A DNA stretch of 25,406 bases, from positions 1 to 25,406 of IMG/VR virus record IMGVR_UViG_3300045580_000297; one strand, given 5' to 3'. Position numbers and translations under genes: made by a program. The stretch's first letter is position 1; every line of letters begins with the position of its first letter. Below are positions 1 through 5,496 of this stretch, piece after piece. Under the pieces are notes generated by a model. The model searched no databases. It saw only the letters and a program-made list of their open reading frames with translations, and was not told where the DNA came from. Source of the stretch: a virus (taxonomy: Duplodnaviria > Caudoviricetes).

Positions 1-1
1 C

Positions 2-337
2 CACATACCGGACGAAGGGGCTCTTGAGGAGGAGTTCACCCTCTTCCAGAACTACTTCATGTCGAAGCCCGGGAAGGAAGGTCTAAAGCTCGACTGGGAC
101 CGCACCTTTATCAACTGGGCCATCAAATCGAAGAACTTCAACCCCAACAGGACCAAAAACAATGGAACGCAAAGGACACAACGCAGGACCCTCGAAGACG
201 CCCTTGCTGGCGCACAACGCCGTATCACTGAAAGATTCGGCACAGGCTGGCTTGGAGGCGATGTCGGAGAGGGAACGGACAGAGAGGCTGGCGATGGCCA
301 GCAGGGTGGTGGGGGAGATCGTCTCCTCCTACCCTGA
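2..337 (+). CDS. Phage replication initiator, C-terminal part (5' truncated), DnaT-like ssDNA-binding motif
   Basis: Frame is open from the window edge: ...EEEFTLFQNYFMSKPGKEGLKLDWDRTFINWAIK matches the F-x2-Y-(W/F)...G-x-K-x-DW-x2-T-(W/F)-x-NW pattern at the C-termini of phage initiators. It overlaps the next gene, as in O/P-like pairs. Confidence 0.7.
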   Translation, partial: HIPDEGALEEEFTLFQNYFMSKPGKEGLKLDWDRTFINWAIKSKNFNPNRTKNNGTQRTQRRTLEDALAGAQRRITERFGTGWLGGDVGEGTDREAGDGQQGGGGDRLLLP

Positions 338-1058
338 GTACGGGTACAATAACCCCGCGAACGAGGCCTATGTCGAAGAATTCACGATGGCCATTGTGCT
401 CTTCAGCAGGGAGGAGCTTGAACTCATCGTGGACAGGAACATTGGCATCAGGTCGCGGTGCACGTTCCTGCCGAAGATCAGTGAGGTCGTAAAGCTTGTA
501 AACGAGTACAGGCTCAAGAAGGTCCCGTTCATCGCTCACATCCTCAGCGCCTATCACAACAGCGACACGTTCTCGATGGACTACCTGAAGGGTCTTCACG
601 ACCACTTCGAGACGCTGAGGCCAGAGGAAATCCTGTGGGTCATGGACAAAAACACGGGCCTCGTGGCTTCGTGCCCGAACTTCCCTCCGTCCGTGGGCAA
701 CATGGTGGAGGTCGTGAACAAGGCTCGTGAGAGGAAGAACCAGTTCCTCCCCGCTCCTTCGTCCTACTCGAAATTCCAGCCAGAGACCTTCGAGAAGGAC
801 GGAACACCTGAGCTTCGTGCTGAGGCTATCAAGCGCATTCTCGAAAAGAAGCCTGAGAGGGCTCCTCGTGTGCGGCCTTACCCAAAGCTCTGGGAGGCCT
901 TCGAGCAGGATGAGTTCCTCCTGCTCTGGAGGGACTTCGAGTGCCTGACACTTGCGTCGAAGGCTCTCGCACAGCACGGCAAGGAAGCTGCTCGTGATGT
1001 GCTGAGCAGGGGCAAGCCCACGTATGAACACACTGGAACATGGAGCTTCGGAAAATGA
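294..1058 (+). CDS. Putative helicase loader/inhibitor-like protein with two tandem copies of one domain
   Basis: Lies directly after the initiator. Duplicated motif: FSREELELIVDRNIGIRSRCTFLPKISEVVKLVN vs LRPEEILWVMDKNTGLVASCPNFPPSVGNMVEVVN. Start is uncertain (162, 261 or 294); 294 has GAGG 6 nt upstream. Confidence 0.5.
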   Translation: MASRVVGEIVSSYPEYGYNNPANEAYVEEFTMAIVLFSREELELIVDRNIGIRSRCTFLPKISEVVKLVNEYRLKKVPFIAHILSAYHNSDTFSMDYLKGLHDHFETLRPEEILWVMDKNTGLVASCPNFPPSVGNMVEVVNKARERKNQFLPAPSSYSKFQPETFEKDGTPELRAEAIKRILEKKPERAPRVRPYPKLWEAFEQDEFLLLWRDFECLTLASKALAQHGKEAARDVLSRGKPTYEHTGTWSFGK

Positions 1059-1387
1059 TCGAGCGTGATGTGACCAAGGACAACTACCGCGAAAAGGGCG
1101 GCAACTTCATCAGGAACAGGGGGAACACTGGCTTCCTCATCGCAACCAAGCCGGGGGCCCTTCAGGGGGTCTCCTTCTGGCCGACAGCACGCCAGTACGG
1201 AGCATGGCTCGACTACTTCAAGACCAAGGGCATCCCCACTGGTTTCATGGAGCAGAGGTGTGCTGCGGGTTACCCCTACACCGTCCCTGCTGAGTGGCCC
1301 GCTGAGTTCGACGGAGACAGGACTGTCGCTGATGACCAACGTGCTGCCAACGACTTCGAGGACAAGTTCCTCAGGGAGGATGTGTGA
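1055..1387 (+). CDS. Hypothetical phage protein
   Basis: ATGA overlap with the upstream stop, GGAG at 1042-1045, phage-like codon usage. Confidence 0.7.
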   Translation: MIERDVTKDNYREKGGNFIRNRGNTGFLIATKPGALQGVSFWPTARQYGAWLDYFKTKGIPTGFMEQRCAAGYPYTVPAEWPAEFDGDRTVADDQRAANDFEDKFLREDV

Positions 1388-1791
1388 TGCTCGTGAAAAA
1401 GATCAGTAGACGGAGGGCCGGGATGCCGCCTGAGGAGAAGGTGCACATCGCATCAGCAAGGCTCCTCAGCATGGCACTGCCGTCCTACGTCATGTGGCAC
1501 CACACGCCGAATGGCGAGGCACGGAACAGGATCGTGGGCGCGAAGCTGAAGCGCATGGGGGTCACCCCGGGCGTGCCGGACATCCTGCTGTACGACACCA
1601 GAACGGGCTACCTCCACGCCATCGAGTTCAAGGGCCCGAAGGGGAACCTGTCCGAAGCTCAGAAGGCATGGAGGGACAAGTTCGTCGCATCGCCCACGGC
1701 TCGATATGCGGTGTCACGATCTGTAACAGACACAGCTACCATTCTGGCTGAGTGGTGGCCTCTCGACATCAAGGTGGCCAAGGTCATTTGA
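1384..1791 (+). CDS. VRR-NUC domain nuclease (Holliday junction resolvase-like)
   Basis: HHTPNGEAR...LKRMGVTPGVPDILL...IEFKGPKGNLSEAQKAW is the typical VRR-NUC PD-(D/E)xK signature. Confidence 0.9.
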   Translation: MMLVKKISRRRAGMPPEEKVHIASARLLSMALPSYVMWHHTPNGEARNRIVGAKLKRMGVTPGVPDILLYDTRTGYLHAIEFKGPKGNLSEAQKAWRDKFVASPTARYAVSRSVTDTATILAEWWPLDIKVAKVI

Positions 1792-1845
1792 TGCCATTTC
1801 CCGGGCCAGAAACGGCCCGCCAGCGGCAAAGTCGGGGGTGGCAGC

Positions 1846-1891
1846 ATGCCACCTACCGGGGAGGGGTCGAAGGGCCTGTACGGCCTTCCTA
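1846..1891. repeat. Bipartite intergenic motif, copy 1 (ATGCCACCTACCGG-N21-CGGCCTTCCTA)
   Basis: The 14-mer and 11-mer recur exactly at 4470-4483 and 4507-4517. Confidence 0.75.
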
Positions 1892-1923
1892 CGGGCTCCT
1901 CCCCATCCACCCAATATTTGGCC

Positions 1924-1952
1924 TTGAAACCCGGGGACCGTCCGTGCACATT
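1924..1952 (+). promoter_or_regulatory. Putative sigma70-type promoter TTGAAA-N17-CACATT
   Basis: -35 at 1924-1929, -10 at 1947-1952, 17-nt spacer. The predicted start (about 1958-1960) coincides with the first hairpin of a structured region. Confidence 0.5.
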
Positions 1953-1957
1953 CGCCA

Positions 1958-2108
1958 GTGTCCAGTGCCCAAAGCGACCCCACCGCACTAGCTGCGGGTG
2001 CTGGACCTCCTCTGTTGGGTTGACGAGGCGTCCCTTGTCTCGCGATGGCGAGGGACAAAAAAAAGGGGTAGGTGCCGCTGGTCCCGGTCACCTACCCCTT
2101 CTTGTTTT
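1958..2108 (+). ncRNA. Putative structured small RNA (about 150 nt)
   Basis: Stems 1961-1970/1996-2005 and 2030-2039/2047-2056 contain G-U pairs that work only on the + strand. It has a candidate promoter and ends at the hairpin 2063-2100. No convincing ORF. Confidence 0.5.
2057..2108. terminator. Intrinsic terminator, probably bidirectional
   Basis: Perfect 12-bp stem AAGGGGTAGGTG (2063-2074)/CACCTACCCCTT (2089-2100). A8 on the left gives a U-tract for the minus strand; CTTGTTTT lies on the right. It sits between convergent units. Confidence 0.85.
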
Positions 2109-2110
2109 CG

Positions 2111-2123
2111 GAAGGACGGACAG
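2111..2123. repeat. 13-bp inverted repeat, left arm (GAAGGACGGACAG)
   Basis: Exact reverse complement CTGTCCGTCCTTC at 4312-4324. Confidence 0.75.
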
Positions 2124-2127
2124 TCCG

Positions 2128-2991
2128 TCAGGCCTTGAGGGCCTTCATCTCCTCAGCCAGTGTCCAGAGAGCCCTGTTGAGCTTGATGTCGCCATCGACC
2201 GACTGCACAGCGCGTGTGCTCATGTGGCGGCGAACGCCCGGGTTATCCTTTTCAGTGGCTGTGTAGTTCAAGCCACCCTTGATCAGGTTCTCCTGAGCCC
2301 TGTTGTACACGGTCCAGAGGTCATCGAGGTTGTCGGCCCGCCTCCGGGGGTTCAGGACCTGAAGGGGCCAGAGGTCAGCAGGAACCTCATCGAAGCGAAG
2401 CTGGATGGCTGCCTTCGCAAAGGCACGCTTCTCATCGACGTTGAGTTCGATGGCCTTCATCTGCTCGACTTGGTCGATGACCTCATCAGAGTGCTGGAGC
2501 ACCTCGTATGAGCCCTCGATCACCTTGTCGATGGCGTTCGAGCGGTGAGGCACCTTCACATCACCGAAGAGGCTCTCGCTGACCACGAGGCCGTTCAGGC
2601 AGACCAGCCGGAACAGGCCCATCATCAGGTGATACTGGCTCGTGCCATCGTGGGCGTTCTTCAGGACCACCTCAGGGAAGGTGTCGCCCACTGACTTGAC
2701 GTTGTTCTCGCGGCGAAGGCGGATCATGTGCTTGGTGAAGGCACGCTTCTCAGCATCCTTCGATCCGCCCACCGACACGCCAGTGACCCTGAAGCCCTCC
2801 TTCATCAGTGCACCGAGCATCTCGTGGGTCGGGATGTGCACGAACCGCTCTGAGCGAGAGCTATGGGGCTCCTCAGCGAAGATGGCCGGGGCATGTGCCC
2901 GGATGGTGTCGAGGTCGAGGAACTCGCCCGGGCGAGCCTGAAGACGCACGGCACCACGGCCAAAGACGGAAGCGCGGTTGATCATGTTCAT
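2128..2991 (-). CDS. DUF932 (DUF945; YafZ/YfjQ-like) family protein
   Basis: APAIFAEEPHSSRSERFVHIPT...FTKHMIRLRR...PEVVLKNAHDGTSQYHLMMGLFRLVCLNGLVV...DLWTVYNRAQENLIKGG...DIKLNRALWTLAE. Start set at 2991 (AAGGAG RBS); the ORF-track extension runs through a ribozyme. Confidence 0.92.
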   Translation of the reverse strand: MNMINRASVFGRGAVRLQARPGEFLDLDTIRAHAPAIFAEEPHSSRSERFVHIPTHEMLGALMKEGFRVTGVSVGGSKDAEKRAFTKHMIRLRRENNVKSVGDTFPEVVLKNAHDGTSQYHLMMGLFRLVCLNGLVVSESLFGDVKVPHRSNAIDKVIEGSYEVLQHSDEVIDQVEQMKAIELNVDEKRAFAKAAIQLRFDEVPADLWPLQVLNPRRRADNLDDLWTVYNRAQENLIKGGLNYTATEKDNPGVRRHMSTRAVQSVDGDIKLNRALWTLAEEMKALKA

Positions 2992-3009
2992 GGTAGTTCT
3001 CCTTGGGTT

Positions 3010-3061
3010 GATCTCATCAGCACTGGCCTCACCAGTGGACCGCCTCACGGCGGTTTCGATC
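3010..3061 (-). ncRNA. Type II hammerhead ribozyme HH1
   Basis: Minus strand: GAUC-GAAA-C-CGCC-GUGA-GGCG-GUC^-CACUGG-UGAGG-CCAGUG-CUGAUGA-GAUC. Complete core and all three stems paired. Predicted cut between 3038 and 3037. Confidence 0.95.
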
Positions 3062-3065
3062 TGCA

Positions 3066-3464
3066 TCACTTGATCCGCATCACCTCGACGTAGTTGCCGC
3101 TGGTGGCGCTGGTCATGAAGGACCCCGGCCCCCAGTATCGCGTGCACCATGCCGTGATGCCGCCTGAGAGGTTGTCCTTCTTGAACTTGTCGAGGGGCAC
3201 CTGAGCCACCTCCCCGGGCTTCAGGCCCTCGATGAGGGGCACGAAGTAGGCCATCTGCTCACCCTTCTTGAAGATGGGCCCGCTGCGCTTTTTCTCAGGA
3301 GCGGCTGCGAGGTATTCTGTGAAGGTCTGCTGCTTCTGCACCTCAGGCCTGTTCGAGTGAATGCGGCCATCTGGGGCCACGATCTCGAACTCGCAGCCCA
3401 TGTTGTGGAGGATGGTCGTGCAACGTTCCATCCAGTCGAGTTGAAGCTTCGATACGGTCTTCAT
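3066..3464 (-). CDS. Hypothetical phage protein (132 aa)
   Basis: GAGG RBS, phage-like codon usage, stop 4 nt before HH1. Confidence 0.8.
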   Translation of the reverse strand: MKTVSKLQLDWMERCTTILHNMGCEFEIVAPDGRIHSNRPEVQKQQTFTEYLAAAPEKKRSGPIFKKGEQMAYFVPLIEGLKPGEVAQVPLDKFKKDNLSGGITAWCTRYWGPGSFMTSATSGNYVEVMRIK

Positions 3465-3471
3465 GTGGTCC

Positions 3472-3660
3472 TCACTTCGGGTTGTCGATGTCGAGTTGAG
3501 CCTGACGCTTCAGCACCTCAGCGCATGCCCTAACACTCAGGCACGCCTCGAAGGCCTCGTTCGCCTTGCCTTCCTTGAAGGCTGCTTCGACGGTGTCGGT
3601 GAACTCCCTCATCATGGCGATGATGTTCGAGGCCTTCACCTTGCTATCAATAGACGCCAT
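3472..3660 (-). CDS. Small hypothetical protein (62 aa, MASIDSKVK...)
   Basis: Strong AGGAGG RBS upstream of the ATG at 3660; overlaps the end of the upstream gene. Confidence 0.75.
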   Translation of the reverse strand: MASIDSKVKASNIIAMMREFTDTVEAAFKEGKANEAFEACLSVRACAEVLKRQAQLDIDNPK

Positions 3661-3940
3661 GTGCGCCCTCCTGTTCGATGTGGTCGATCTTTGCAGTCTC
3701 GCGTTCAGCGAAGCTGATCCAGTAGTCGATGCGGTCCTCCTCAGCGAGGAAGATGCCAAGCTGGCGCTGAGCACGCTTCAGGATGCGGCCCCACACCATC
3801 AGTGAGTTCAGGTTGGCGCGGGTCCGAAGCTCCCGGTCATCCTTGTCGATGATCTCATGGTAGGCATTGTAGGCCACCGCGAGGTCACGGATGTCATCCG
3901 TCATGACGGTGACTTCCTTGTTCACTGGCATTTCGATCAT
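3647..3940 (-). CDS. Hypothetical protein (97 aa)
   Basis: AAGGAG RBS directly after HH2; phage-like codon usage. Confidence 0.8.
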   Translation of the reverse strand: MIEMPVNKEVTVMTDDIRDLAVAYNAYHEIIDKDDRELRTRANLNSLMVWGRILKRAQRQLGIFLAEEDRIDYWISFAERETAKIDHIEQEGAHGVY

Positions 3941-3957
3941 GCTGATCTCCTTGGGTT

Positions 3958-4009
3958 GATCTCATCAGTGCCAGCCTTACTGGCAGACCCCTTTGCAGGG
4001 GTTTCGATC
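3958..4009 (-). ncRNA. Type II hammerhead ribozyme HH2
   Basis: Minus strand: GAUC-GAAA-C-CCCU-GCAA-AGGG-GUC^-UGCCAG-UAAGG-CUGGCA-CUGAUGA-GAUC. Predicted cut between 3986 and 3985. Confidence 0.95.
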
Positions 4010-4257
4010 TAGAAGGGGATTTCAGGGTCGAAGTGGATGTTGGCCTTGGGCCTCACCTGTTGGGCGTAGACCTGTTTGCCGTTATCGTCGATCACCTCGA
4101 AGTCGATGTCGTAGAAGCCTTCGCTGGCTGCCATCATGCTGGCCAGCTTCAGTGCGTAGGCGGCAGTCATGATGCCGTCCCGTTCGAGGCGGCATATTGA
4201 GCGGGGGTCGCAGGGGCTGGTGCCTTCATAAGGCATGCGGGAAATGATGCGGTACAT
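4009..4257 (-). CDS. Small hypothetical protein (82 aa, MYRIISR...FDPEIPF)
   Basis: The RBS GAGGAG is supplied by the HH3 core. The TAG stop overlaps the first base of HH2. Confidence 0.75.
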   Translation of the reverse strand: MYRIISRMPYEGTSPCDPRSICRLERDGIMTAAYALKLASMMAASEGFYDIDFEVIDDNGKQVYAQQVRPKANIHFDPEIPF

Positions 4258-4260
4258 GTT

Positions 4261-4312
4261 GATCTCCTCAGTGCGGGCTTGACCCGCAGACCCTCTCACG
4301 AGGGTTTCGATC
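4261..4312 (-). ncRNA. Type II hammerhead ribozyme HH3
   Basis: Minus strand: GAUC-GAAA-C-CCUC-GUGA-GAGG-GUC^-UGCGGG-UCAAG-CCCGCA-CUGAGGA-GAUC. Predicted cut between 4289 and 4288. Confidence 0.93.
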
Positions 4313-4324
4313 TGTCCGTCCTTC
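4312..4324. repeat. 13-bp inverted repeat, right arm (CTGTCCGTCCTTC)
   Basis: Reverse complement of 2111-2123. Confidence 0.75.
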
Positions 4325-4340
4325 ACGATGTCAATCAGCA
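4322..4340 (-). promoter_or_regulatory. boxA-like antitermination element (TGCTGATTGACATCGTGAA)
   Basis: Resembles boxA (TGCTCTTTAACA) and the TTGACATCGT-type variants I recall from alphaproteobacterial rRNA leaders. It lies in the predicted 5' leader. Confidence 0.45.
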
Positions 4341-4358
4341 GCACCTTTCGGTCCTCCT

Positions 4359-4387
4359 CATATGGACCTGAACTTGGATGAAGTTAA
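4359..4387 (-). promoter_or_regulatory. Putative promoter of the ribozyme operon (TTAACT-N17-CATATG) with an overlapping palindrome AACTT-N5-AAGTT
   Basis: -35 at 4387-4382, -10 at 4364-4359, 17-nt spacer; palindrome at 4371-4385. Confidence 0.45.
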
Positions 4388-4469
4388 CGGGCTCTCACGC
4401 ATGGCAGCCATGCACTGGGAACATGACTATTCGCAGGGAAGGCTCAGGACGGGCAAGTCCGTTCCCCCT

Positions 4470-4517
4470 ATGCCACCTACCGGCCCCCTCGTTCGAGGGC
4501 CCTCAGCGGCCTTCCTA
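4470..4517. repeat. Bipartite intergenic motif, copy 2 (ATGCCACCTACCGG-N23-CGGCCTTCCTA)
   Basis: Direct repeat of 1846-1891. Confidence 0.75.
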
Positions 4518-4606
4518 TTGGGTGTTAAAATACGCTTTGCGCTTCAGGTACTTATGCGAGGCAAGAAAAATCGACATCATGGCTGGTATGCAAAGAAAAC
4601 ATAGCC

Positions 4607-4634
4607 TTGCCTCTTCGCATAGGCGGGGTAAGCT
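4607..4634 (+). promoter_or_regulatory. Putative promoter TTGCCT-N16-TAAGCT
   Basis: Follows an AT-rich tract and precedes the GGAGGAG RBS of the gene at 4678. Confidence 0.35.
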
Positions 4635-4677
4635 CATAGTGTTTCTGGACCGGGGCGAGCCCGGAGGAGATGTGACC

Positions 4678-5106
4678 ATGACCACGTTCGAGCTTTTCGA
4701 GGGAGCCATCCCCGACATGTCCAAGATGGCAAAGATTGCGGTGGAACGAGAGATCAAGGGTAGGCCCGACTACTGCTGCATCAAGCGGGACTTGGCCATC
4801 AAGGCCATCGAGGACTACCGCGAGGCATACATCCAGACCAGTGACTATTCGGACCAGTGGGGCTCGAACGCTTGCATCTGGGCGAACGGTGGCCTTCTTG
4901 GCCTTCCGAACCTCGACCCCCCTCTTGCTCTTTCTGGCCTTCGGGCCGTCCTGAACTGGCGGCAACGCGAGCTTCCTGCTGAGGAGTTCGACCGCTGGAT
5001 GAGGCATGTGGTGAAGGTGCTGAAGCCCATCAACGCGATGGCTGAGATCGACACCGAAGTGCTGAAGACTGAACGTGGCCTTTCTGACAAGGACTTCCAG
5101 AGATGA
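4678..5106 (+). CDS. Hypothetical protein (142 aa)
   Basis: GGAGGAG RBS upstream of the ATG at 4678. The ORF-track extension to 4378 runs through regulatory DNA. Confidence 0.75.
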   Translation: MTTFELFEGAIPDMSKMAKIAVEREIKGRPDYCCIKRDLAIKAIEDYREAYIQTSDYSDQWGSNACIWANGGLLGLPNLDPPLALSGLRAVLNWRQRELPAEEFDRWMRHVVKVLKPINAMAEIDTEVLKTERGLSDKDFQR

Positions 5107-5489
5107 CTGAAGATGACATCAAGGTAAAGATGGCTGAAATTCTCACGGCACTGGGAAAGAAGGTGACACCTGAGGAGCTTGCAGACATGCAGGTCACCCT
5201 CGTGGACAAGAGCACCGACATCACCGTCAGCGAGGATGAGTTCTATCGCCGCATCAAGGAAGGCGGGCCCTTCATCAAGCACATGGAAAAGTGCGGGGCG
5301 CACCTTCAGTCCCTCGTTGATTGCCTCGCGGCAGACATGAAGAGGATCGTCTGCATAGATGACCCCGTCGAGCGCGAGGAACAGGCCTTCTCTGGCCTCG
5401 CTGAGTTCTTCGAGACGGTGAAGGTCTACCACGATGTGGTGACTGGCCGCTCCCCACGGAAAGGGGGTGCATCGTACACATTGAACTGA
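5103..5489 (+). CDS. Hypothetical protein (128 aa)
   Basis: ATGA coupling with the upstream gene; typical codon usage. Confidence 0.8.
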   Translation: MTEDDIKVKMAEILTALGKKVTPEELADMQVTLVDKSTDITVSEDEFYRRIKEGGPFIKHMEKCGAHLQSLVDCLAADMKRIVCIDDPVEREEQAFSGLAEFFETVKVYHDVVTGRSPRKGGASYTLN

Positions 5490-5496
5490 TCAGCCC

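Noticed and set aside
1846-2511. 221-aa + strand ORF
   Set aside because: It crosses the terminator and is antisense to DUF932; the composition is not protein-like.
2992-3150. N-terminal extension of the DUF932 ORF given in the ORF track
   Set aside because: It runs through HH1 and the upstream gene; a strong RBS supports the start at 2991.
2998-4312. The three repeats read as a CRISPR array or att sites
   Set aside because: Spacing is irregular (about 300 and 950 nt) with genes in between, and conservation follows the hammerhead core and stems rather than linear sequence.
4258-4344. N-terminal extension of the 4009-4344 ORF
   Set aside because: It reads through HH3 and the leader, and the start at 4257 has a well-spaced GAGGAG. 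A GAGGAGG near 4352-4358 means the longer start cannot be fully excluded.
4378-4677. Upstream extension of the ORF ending at 5106 and the ORF 4362-4604
   Set aside because: They cover AT-rich promoter and repeat DNA with atypical codons; the RBS supports the start at 4678.
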